Shown here: piece after piece, positions 38,107 to 64,000 of the stretch | Layout: each line of letters opens with the position of its first letter | How positions within the stretch are numbered: position 1 is the first letter of the stretch | Assembly: GCA_030141605.1 (NCBI GenBank) | Contig: JAQGDQ010000339.1 | Location: 186,001-250,000, forward strand | Length of the DNA: 64,000 nucleotides | Source of the DNA: Tubiluchus corallicola | Taxonomy: Eukaryota; Animalia; Priapulida | Direction of reading: 5' to 3' | The notes under the pieces: generated by a model | Seen by the model: only the letters and a program-made list of their open reading frames with translations | The model's database searches: none | Told to the model about the DNA's origin: nothing | Made by a program: the position numbers and the translations under genes

Positions 38107-38190
38107 CACAATGCATTTTAGCGGAAGTGTCCTACTTCGGCTAGTAGCGTACTCTGTGCCCTACAAGAGTAACAGCCTTTTTTCTACATC
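38107..38190 (+). promoter_or_regulatory. Putative BMS1 proximal promoter: ETS-like CGGAAGTG (38122-38129) and pyrimidine tract CCTTTTTTCT
   Basis: Motifs lie 70-130 bp upstream of the ATG. ETS sites and pyrimidine-rich starts are common at housekeeping genes; motif match only. Confidence 0.3.
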
Positions 38191-38253
38191 TGCATCAGTC
38201 TGCTTTTATTTTAGCAGTTAATTTTAGACCGCTTCATCGACTGATCTGTCGAA

Positions 38254-54259
<16,006 letters not shown>

Positions 54260-54448
54260 GTAAATTGTTTCTGTTTATTGGCGTAGTGAGTTAATGCAGG
54301 AAATGCTTGTTTGGTCAGAGCTTGTTGAACATTTTGTTTAGGTTATGCTTATAGTCAATTTTGGAGGCTTATTGTTGCGTTCAAAGGAAAAAGCACATTC
54401 CTCGAACAGCATTCGTTCTATTTTACTATTTAGTATTATATTGACGAT

Positions 54449-54769
54449 TAGGGGTGAGAGCATTCTCTACCAGAAAGCGAATTCGAATAAAATCGAATTT
54501 GTGAGTTTCGAATTCGAATCGAACCAAATTTCAATATTTCCAATTCTAATTGAATTCGAACTGAGATTGAAAGAATTTCGAACAAGTTTTCGAACCACCA
54601 GTAAAAATTAGTCTTACAAAAGATCATGCATATCACTCGATTTTGTTCTGCAGTAAAACCACTTATAATTTGTGTCAATGATAAAGAACGAATGTGATTG
54701 AAGTGCTGAATTATTCGAATCCATAGTTTTAGGTCCGAATCGAATTTGAACGTTCGATGCTGACCCCTA
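54449..54769. mobile_element. hAT-type MITE with perfect 8-bp TSD TTGACGAT
   Basis: ttgacgat|taggggtgagagcat ... atgctgaccccta|ttgacgat. Confidence 0.85.
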
Positions 54770-54863
54770 TTGACGATCTATGCATAACGTGTGAGTGTCT
54801 GATTAAAATCATGAATAAAGTATTTAATTAGAACCGTGATACAATTTGATGCAATTTGTGTCT

Positions 54864-56822
54864 GTACTTGGCTTTCTTTAGCTGCTACTAACAATTTAAT
54901 TATCACTACTAACTGGTACTTGGCTTTCTTTAGCTGCTACTAACAATTTAATTATCACTACTAACTGGTACTTGGCTTTCTTTAGCTGCTACTAATGATT
55001 TAATTATCACTACTAACTGGTACTTGGCTTTCTTTAGCTGCTACTAATGATTTAATTATCACTATTAACTGGTACTTGGCTTTCTTTAGCTGCTACTAAC
55101 GATTTAATTGTCATTACTAACTGGTACTAGGCTTTCTTTAGCTGCTACTAACGATTTAATTATCACTACTAACTGGTACTTGGCTTTCTTTAGCTGCTAC
55201 TAACAATTTAATTATCACTACTAACTGGTACATGGCTTGCTTTAGCTGCTACTAACAATTTAATTATCACTACTAACTGGTGCTTGGCTTTCTTTAGCTG
55301 CTACTAACAATTTAATTATCATTACTAACTGGTACTTGGCTTTCTTTAGCTGCTACTAACAATTTAATTGTCATTACTAACTGGTACTTGGATTTCTTTA
55401 GCTGCTACTAACGATTTAATTATCACTACTAACTGGTACTTGGCTTTCTTTAGCTGCTACTAATAAATTAATTATCATTACTAACTGGTACTTGGCTTTC
55501 TTTAGCTGCTGCTAACGATTTAATTATCATTACTAACTGGTACTTGGCTTTCTTTAGCTGCTGCTAACGATTTAATTATCATTACTAACTGGTACTTGGC
55601 TTTCTTTAGCTGCTACTAACAATTTAATTATCACTACTAACTGGTACTTGGCTTTCTTTAGCTGCTACTAACAATTTAATTATCACTACTAACTGGTGCT
55701 TGGCTTTCTTTAGCTGCTACTAACGATTTAATTATCACTACTAACTGGTACTTGGCTTTCTTTAGCTGCTACTAACGATTTAATTATCACTACTAACTGG
55801 TACTTGGCTTTCTTTAGCTGCTACTAATAAATTAATTATCATTACTAACTGGTACTAGGCTTTCTTTAGCTGCTACTAACGATTTAATTATCACTACTAA
55901 CTGGTACTTGGCTTTCTTTAGCTGCTGCTAACGATTTAATTATCATTACTAACTGGTAGTAGGCTTTCTTTAGCTAACAAACACAACTACTGGCTTTCTT
56001 TAGCTGCTACTAACAATTTAATTATCATTACTAACTGGTACTTGGCTTTCTTTAGCTGCTACTAACGATTTAATTATCACTACTAACTGGTACTTGGCTT
56101 TCTTTAGCTGCTACTAACGATTTAATTATCACTACTAACTGGTAGTAGGCTTTCTTTAGCTGCTACTAACAATTTAATTATCATTACTAACTGGTACTTG
56201 GCTTACTTTAGCTGCTACTAACGATTTAATTATCATTACTAACTGGTACTAGGCTTTCTTTAGCTGCTACTAACAATTTAATTATCATTACTAACTGGTA
56301 CATGGCTTTCTTTAGCTGCTACTAACGATTTAATTATCACTACTAACTGGTACTAGGCTTTCTTTAGCTGCTACTAACAATTTAATTATCACTACTAACT
56401 GGTACTTGGCTTTAATTGCTACCAACAATTTAATTATCACTACTAACTGGTACTTGGCTTTCTTTAGCTGCTACTAACGATTTAATTATCATTACTAACT
56501 GGTAGTAGGCTTTCTTTAGCTGCTACTAACAATTTAATTATCATTACTAACTGGTACTTGGCTTTAATTGCTACCAACAATTTAATTATCATTACTAACT
56601 GGTACTTGGCTTTCTTTAGCTGCTGCTAACGATTTAATTATCACTACTAACTGGTACTTGGCTTTAATTGCTACCAACAATTTAATTATCACTACTAACT
56701 GGTACTTGGCTTACTTTAGCTGCTACTAGCAATTTAATTATCACTACTAACTGGTACATGGCTTGCTTTACCTGCTGCTAACGATTTAATTATCACTACT
56801 AACTGGTACTTGGCTTACTTTA
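54864..56822. repeat. 52-bp satellite (GTACTTGGCTTTCTTTAGCTGCTACTAACAATTTAATTATCACTACTAACTG)n, ~38 copies
   Basis: Highly homogeneous tandem array located exactly between the + and - strand halves of BMS1. Confidence 0.97.
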
Positions 56823-56910
56823 GGTGAATGTATGCCAAAGCTTAAACATGTACCTGGCATTTCCAGAGCAATTAAAACTACGGTAAGCCTGCTTGAAATT
56901 CCAAGCCTAC

Positions 56911-59900
56911 CTTTTGTTCTTCTGGTTCTCGTACCACCGGAATGCGATTGTTCAAAAATTCATGTTTCCGCTTGACAAACGTTTTTGGCTTGTCCTTGTA
57001 TGGCAGAGCCCTCTGCAGGTCTTTTGGCACAACTAATGGTTTGAAAACTTTAGCCTTTCTTTCCACTGGCTGCAAGGAAAAAGAAATTAGGTAGTCATAG
57101 CCGGATCCAGGAAGGGGTGCAAAAATAAGGTAGCAAAATGTTAAATGTTTTTGAGAATTACTACATATTACTGCAAATTACAACAAATTATTACAAATCA
57201 CTACATAACTAGTCAAACAGAATTTTAAACTCATTTCACCGCATGACAATACCCACACTGCACCTAACCACTCACACCACAAGACCTATACCACACCCAA
57301 CATTCTATGCCATACCACTGCATGTCATACCATGCCGAATCATCCACGCTACACCGTCCTCCGCCACTGCCACTGCCACCGATGGTGACAACAATAGTGA
57401 CAAAGATGATGACGACGCAACAGCAGCAGCAATGACAACGAAAACAACAGTCCAGTGAAATTACACAAAAACACTTAGTGCAATTTGAAACTGTGTGCAA
57501 TAAAAACACTATTAGACCAATCCACCAATGGTCAATAATAGGCGAACATTCTACATAGTCTTTCTTACTGCTTCTGTAATGACGGTATTGAATGCACGCT
57601 GCAACTGTTTAACTGGCGCCAACTTAATACTGAAGAAAAGTACAGGTAGAATAACAATAGACTTGCACCTACACTTTTCCCAGCAAGAAAACTGCAAAGA
57701 AGAACTTGGAATAAACCTTTTCACAGTTTCGTTGTGTGCACATGCAGTTGCTGTAGGTCAAAGGTTAAGTGTACCACAGCAAAGTATCTTAACTTCAACC
57801 GTCGCGTGACATGTGGGTAAAGCAAAGTCGTATGTCACATCAATTTGGTAACTTTAGTCGTGTTACAAGGACTTTACTTAATTATGCATTAGTTTGTGCG
57901 TAGAGCGAATTACTAGCAGGCTCTTGCTTGGGAACAACTGTTAAAACTGTTACTATTACAATAGCATGGGCTGCAAGGCGCTGTCAAGTGTACACAAATG
58001 CGTTGTCTCGTACACTTAACCTTTGACCTTTTTATGAACATCATCAGTTGCTGGAACTGTGAAAAGGTTACTTTCTCGTTTTTGGTTTATGGTAAAATCA
58101 TGTCGGTTCCTCTTTTACACTGTCATGTAGTCCAGTTTTTCCTTTGCATAGAGCTATATACCTCCTTTCAAGAGCACCAACAGGTGCCGCTAGAACATGT
58201 TTCATCAAAATTTCAAGGTCTAGTTGGGTCTAAGAAAATTCAGATTGCGGGAAGACGGGAGTAATCCAGACATGGCCGAATCGCCTACCCTGTAAACACT
58301 GTCCACATTTGGCTCAAAGCGGATTCCGTGGTCTTTCTTCAACTGACCGAGGGTCCTCAAGCCTGACCATTTGGCTTTCTCCTCGACTGGCATTAGTAGA
58401 CTTGTTACTAGGTTGTAAAAGTGAGGCACCTAGCAACAAAAACACGCTTAACGACAAAGCAAGATATAGTTAACCGAAAAAAACTAAACTTGTCAGTTTT
58501 GCAAGTACATGTTTGAGTTACATAAGCTAAATCTAATATTCTTGTAGCTAAAAATGTATCTAGAAATTGACCTTTGCACTTCTGCACTTCATTGGCAGGA
58601 ATTTACAGAAAAAAACCAAGAAAAAAGAATCTACAAACTAAGCGCTAAATAAAATTTTTAAGTTTATGGCTTTTCGTTTACACTTACAAATGGCCAAATA
58701 AATAAACAAACAAGGAAATACTTAACAGTTAAGAAAAACACCAGCTTTCATAGAATTTTCCAGACCCGTCACTCAGAAATTTACTCCAAAAATAAATTTG
58801 CATTGATGTATTTGAAGATTTGGTAGCTTAATGGAAATAGGGTTCCCAACAGGATTTTAGAATAAATTTCCCTGACTTTTCCCAACCAAATATTGATTAT
58901 CTGTGACCAAGATAATCAGATATTGCATTATATACATATACATATTTTATACATATTAAAACATTAAAGTGCATGGGCATTCATACATATGCTGATATAC
59001 AATGTGTCGGTCAATCATTATTTTTGGAACAGAAATCGAAACTGGGAGTCTGCCACAGCAAAATTTCATTTGAACACGAATTGCTGAAAAATATGTTTGG
59101 AAAATATTGAGTCAAGGTGATTATTTTTGCAACCCTATCCAGGTTCCCTGATTTCTTGCCACATTTTCATCATTTTCCCTGACTTTTTACCAAATTATCT
59201 TTTCCCTGACTTTTCCATGACTTTCCAGGATAGCCTGCATTTTCAAGAACTTTCCAAGATTTTCCCTGACGGTGGGAACCCTGTGGAAAGCTTCAGCAGA
59301 TTTTATCATGAAGCTCATATGCGAGATGAATGTCACTAACGACGTGCCAATACGGTTTACTTACCTCCACCGCGAACCAAGTGCGTACGAACACAACATC
59401 GCTCAGCTGAATCTTGTCTTCAAAGGTCGCACGAAAAGCTCCCTCTGGTGTGCGCAACGGCTTTTTAATCTGTCCCCGAAGTCCGCTGACGGTGCGACAG
59501 GCAGCGCCCTCGAACTTTGCGACCTCCAACGCTGAGTTGAACATTCCCTACAAAAACAGAATATGATTTGCATGACAACTGTACCGAATTTGGTTAATTT
59601 ATAAGTTTTACACTTAATACATCTATAAAAATAAGTAGATTTAGATAAGTTTTATATGCACACGCACGCACGCATGCACGCTCGCACGCACACACGTACC
59701 ACTTTGTATGTATGTATGTATATATATATATATATAGAAAAAATGGTCAAAAACAGTGGTAAAAACAATGGTCAAAAATAATAGTAAAAAAGGGTAAAAA
59801 CACTGGTCAAAAACAGGTCAAACTCTGTCCTTCAACAGTAATTAATTGATTTGTAAACAGACAATGATATGAAAAATTTAGAACCATTATTTGACTAACC

Positions 59901-60081
59901 TGTACAAAGCAAGTCTTCTTGTAAATCTTATACGGTGTTCCGACAAGCTTCAGCTTTTTAACAATATTCACAGACTTGTCCAAGTCCAACACGACACCTG
60001 TGGCGGCGATACGAAACGTGCTAGACACCTCCGCAACCGACTGCACCGCCAAGAAACCTGTCGTCTGCGGCGTGATGGGTC
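56911..60081 (-). CDS. BMS1: BMS1 C-terminal exons on the opposite strand: 60081-59900, 59547-59365, 58429-58289, 57069-56911
   Basis: The joined exons read [15 protein letters not shown]...[68 protein letters not shown]...[32 protein letters not shown]...[40 protein letters not shown]...VVREPEEQK. This matches the BMS1 C-terminal domain; splice sites are canonical and in phase. Confidence 0.9.
57716..58067 (-). mobile_element. MITE family D, reverse copy with clear TIRs
   Basis: ccttttcacagtt ... aactgtgaaaagg. Confidence 0.8.
58838..59283. mobile_element. Non-autonomous DNA element with (T/C)AGGGTTCCCA termini and 6-bp TSD TGGAAA
   Basis: tggaaa|tagggttcccaacagg ... cctgacggtgggaaccctg|tggaaa, with subterminal ttccctgacttt repeats. 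Confidence 0.75.
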
Positions 60082-60211
60082 CTACAAAATGAAATGAAAA
60101 GTTCAAAGTTTACTTGTCAGTCAGTATGGGATATCTTTGAAAATAGTATGGCCCTACAGTTAAATTCTGAGGTCTAACAAAAGTGTGAAACTAGGCATTC
60201 ACGAAAATGGC

Positions 60212-60515
60212 ATGTTTAACATAAAAACGTAATGGTCTTCAAAGTCTGAATGATTATATATTATTTCAGAAGCTTTGACCTAGAGGGTATCATCAGTTGA
60301 ATAGACTCTGCTGTTAACCTGAGGGTAAGTCAGGCTAGCAGATAGCAGAATAGCAGTCAGGCTAATAGGATGGCAAGGTGAAACCTGAGACAATGCTGCC
60401 ATCTCAGGTTAGCAGTGTAAACTATTCAGCTGATAATGCCCGCTAGGGTGAAGCTTCTAAAATAATATACAATCATTGAGTCTATAAAGGGCATCATGTT
60501 TTTATGTTAAAGATG
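60212..60515. repeat. Palindromic MITE-like element, ~110-bp arms
   Basis: tttaacataaaaac...tattatttcagaagc...taacctgag pairs with ctcaggtta...gcttctaaaataata...gtttttatgttaaa. Confidence 0.75.
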
Positions 60516-60604
60516 ACAAGTCATAGGAAAACTCTCTCATATTTAAAAAAATGCATTAACGAAGGTTGCTGAATAGCCATCTCGGTAGTAGTTGTTTTAA
60601 ACAA

Positions 60605-60840
60605 TTTTTCATGTTAGATGCAAATACAATAAGTTACATCAAACCATAGCAGTGCATTAAAACCCACTAACTTAATATATGTGTTGTAAGCTAAGTGTAA
60701 AAAACTGGTAAACTTGATAAATTTTTCATGTTAGATGCAAATACAATAAGTTACATCAAACCATAGCAATGCATTAAAAACCACTAACTTAATATACGTG
60801 TTGTAAGCTACGTGTAAAAAAAATTGGTAAACTTGATAAA
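60605..60840. repeat. Tandem duplication of a ~117-bp unit
   Basis: tttttcatgttagatgcaaatacaataagttacatcaaaccatagc... occurs twice, head to tail. Confidence 0.9.
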
Positions 60841-61576
60841 TTGATAAAGCTCAAGAAAACCCTCTACATTTCGTTGTGATATTTTATATTACTTACTGCC
60901 CTTTTGCATACAGGGCTTGCGTCGGCAGTAACGCTGTATAAAACATGTAATTTAAACTCCCTCGACGGCCGTTAGATGCAGCCATTTTGACAATAAAGTC
61001 ATTTGAAACAAGTTCAGATAACATTGTGTAAAGTTTGAAAAAATAATCACAGCATTCGTAGCATACATGTTGCTAATTAAGTAAAATTTTAAATTACAGT
61101 ATGTTGTCAATAAGATTAAAAATAGTTTTTGGCTAGTGAGTGGTGCACCCTGGAAGGTGAGTCACCAACATTTTACCAATTCGCACAAACATTTTAAATT
61201 ATTATTTGTAACATAAGTCTTTCCAGCAGGTAAGCAAAATGCTAAGTAATATAGATGTGCATGGAAAGTTTTTTGGGGCATAATTTAACATTTCCTTTTT
61301 TCCCCTGATTTATGTTGTGCGTAGTGACATCATGTATTGCGGGAGATTTAAAATAAAAACAAACAAAAAATCCTTTCAACTCGAGTACGATATGTGCATA
61401 AAATTGCTGTAAAGTAATAAAATTTTTCAAGGCGATTTTTCTGACTTCAGGCACCTCTTGTCCTTTAAAAGAGCTAGCATATCTATAAGGAGGCAAAGAG
61501 AAATATGGTCAACTCGGTATCATAATAATTAACTATGCGTCTTTATAATAATAATGCTGATGACGGTGACGATGCG

Positions 61577-61609
<33 letters not shown>

Positions 61610-61778
61610 GCAACAACAACAATAATAGCTTCGACGTCAGCAGCATTCCATTCCCCAAGTGTACTGCTGCCATTACGTTATAAACGAAATGCCTTTACTT
61701 GTATGCTATATGTATATGCTTTGTATTACTTGTATTACTATAAAACACATTTTCTCAAATAAGCGCAACATCATCACT

Positions 61779-61815
<37 letters not shown>

Positions 61816-62566
61816 CCATCATCATTGCTAAAATCTTCAAGGACTGATAGGAATAATTTAGCCTCTCAACACGTGACTGCTGTCTTGCATTTCTGCTGAA
61901 ACAAACATGAAACCCTTACCTGCTTGCAGGGCCGAGGAAATGCACCTGCACTTTTACAAAATGAAGCCAAACATTAATCAATGAAATCCTAGTTTTTGTT
62001 TACAATGCTGCATAAAGTCAAAAGACCATAAGCTGATTTGCAACTTCACTGTGTAATCTGATTAAACTATCAAAAATCCGGGAAACAAGATCAGATGACG
62101 TACTTCCGGATTTTCAAATAAGTTTATAAATACTCCATCATATTGGCTTAAAGGACAAGAAATAACTGTTCATAAACAAGCCGTGAAAAATTCCCCTTGA
62201 AATTTTGTATCACTAACTTGCTGTCTTGCTGTGCACAGAGCTTGCGTAAGCAGCAACGCTGTATAAAACTTGTAAATTTAAACTTCGGCGATGAGCGTTA
62301 GGTGCCCCCATTTTAATGGTACTTGGTTTGAAACAAGTTCAGATAACACTGAATAAAGTTTGAGAAAAGAATAAAATTTGGTCAAGAAGAAGAAAGAAAT
62401 GGTCAGAACATTCGTAGTGCAAACTTCACTAACTAAGCAAAAGCATAAATTACTTTATCTTGTTAATAAGATCAATAATGTCTTTTTTTTGGTGAATCAG
62501 TGGTGCACACTGGGATGGTGATGCAGTGCTTTTTTACCAATTCAATTCAATTTATTGCTCAAATAC

Positions 62567-63169
62567 ATGTGTGCTTGCATAGCAAAATCGTACATAAGTC
62601 GGTAATTAAGATTTTCTAGTTGTTCACGTATCCTGAATCTCCAATTTATGAGGCTTATTTTGATACCAAGTTTATCGCTCTATGTTATTTCTAAGCTGAG
62701 ATAATCCAGGTTGAAGTTGAGGTGCAGGTTAGACACCGAAAAACATAATCTTGAGAAAATCACTGTTAAAGTTAGCCATTTTTTGTCGCGTTTCTACAAA
62801 ACGCTTAGCAATCGTACAAATGTTGCTTGCTACGGACCTCCCAAGAACACATTGAAGTTATGTTTAAATCCAGTAGATGCTTCCATGAGCTGCTACGAGA
62901 GCAAGTAGATAGGACCTTTTTACAATTGCAGTACTAATTTCTAAACAGAAAAGTGGGTAAGGAGTTAAAAACGTAAATCTTTAGTGTTTTTTGAACAGTT
63001 TCTTGATAATTTGATACTAGAATATAAAAGTCCAATATATTTAGTGTTGATATTACAAAATACAAAAAATTGACATTTGACCAAATTTTTGGGTCGTTTT
63101 ACTTTGAAGCATCATTACGTAGTTTAACTATGCCGACTTGTGGATGGTTGTGGTATGAAAGCACACACA
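62567..63169 (+). mobile_element. MITE family A, longest copy
   Basis: atgtgtgcttgcatagc...aagtcggtaattaa ... ttaactatgccgactt...aagcacacacat. Confidence 0.75.
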
Positions 63170-63836
63170 TATAATGTACACTGGCAAAGCACAGTACTGT
63201 ACATACATGTCATTAGCGCTACATATAAAATTAATTCATATACGCTTTGTGCAAACTACCAGGCGGTCCAGACATTTTAAATTATTACGAATTTTCTTCT
63301 CCAATTACTCAAGTCTTTCAAACAGGTAAGCATTAACGCTACGGAAAAGTTTTTTGGGGCGTACCTTAAAATTCTCCTTTTTCTTCCCCTCTCTTAGCCT
63401 TTATTTCATAAAACACTGATTTCCTTTACAATAAACTATTACACACCAAGCAGCTCTTTTGGGGCTCGAGACTGTGGGGGCAGCACATGTCTGTTGGTAA
63501 CAGAATGCCGGACAAGCTAAATCCGGGGCCGGACTTTGATTTCGTAGGCCCCTGGGCCACAGATACTGTGAGGCCCTGGCTCCCAGCGACAATTAATAAA
63601 AGCATGAATGTTGGATCTTTAAATCAGTTTATTCAACTTCTACAGCATAATGCCAAGATTAGGCCCACATAGATGAGCGCAAGTATAACACTAGTATAAC
63701 AAGTATAAGAAAAAGAGAAGAGATATTCTGATATTTACCAAATTAGAATAGGTTTTTTAAATATTAATTATAATATGTACAAATTACTGGTATTTTAATA
63801 AAATATAGTTTTCATAGACTGTACATTTCAAACACG

Positions 63837-64000
63837 CTTTTGTAGATAGTACATCAGTTTAAACACACTTTTTATGAAGGTGTTTCAAGATGCATTAATC
63901 AAGACCTTTTGTAGATAGTACATCAGTTTAAACACACTTTTGATGAAGATATTTCAAGATGCATTGATCAAGACCTTTTGTAGATAGTACATCAGTTTAA
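63837..64000. repeat. ~69-bp tandem repeat running off the window end
   Basis: cttttgtagatagtacatcagtttaaacacacttt...tttcaagatgcatt.atcaagac occurs about 2.4 times. Confidence 0.85.

Noticed and set aside
54864-56822. CRISPR-like regular repeat arrays (also 4875-5460, 41870-42528, 45798-46252)
   Set aside because: Units are head-to-tail with no unique spacers, there are no cas genes, and the context is eukaryotic.
61920-61945. 26-nt minus-strand mini-exon candidate (cag|GTGCATTTCC...GCAG|gtaagg) as the missing BMS1 exon
   Set aside because: No frame resembles the missing KKHRW...HC.A.FW segment, and the acceptor lacks a pyrimidine tract.

Overview
AT-rich, intron-containing eukaryotic (invertebrate-like animal) genomic DNA with four protein-coding loci reconstructed by hand from GT-AG exon boundaries. 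(1) The 3' five exons of a DUF1057-like alpha/beta hydrolase (+, 468-7684). (2) A DDX43/DDX53-type KH-DEAD-box helicase (-, 15797-9778) with three tandem KH domains, almost all encoded in one 2.37-kb exon. (3) An 8-exon RING-H2 E3 ligase with an RNF38/RNF44/Arkadia-like C-terminus, an MIU-like motif and SIM-like motifs (-, 32883-18620). (4) BMS1, the ribosome biogenesis GTPase: 14 exons lie on the + strand (38254-54259), but four later C-terminal exons lie on the - strand (60081-56911) beyond a 2-kb 52-bp satellite. The gene therefore appears split across both strands, by inversion, misassembly or inverted duplication. Introns and intergenic DNA are dense in minisatellites, MITEs with visible TIRs/TSDs, a long foldback inverted repeat and LINE remnants. 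No RNA genes or CRISPR arrays were recognised.
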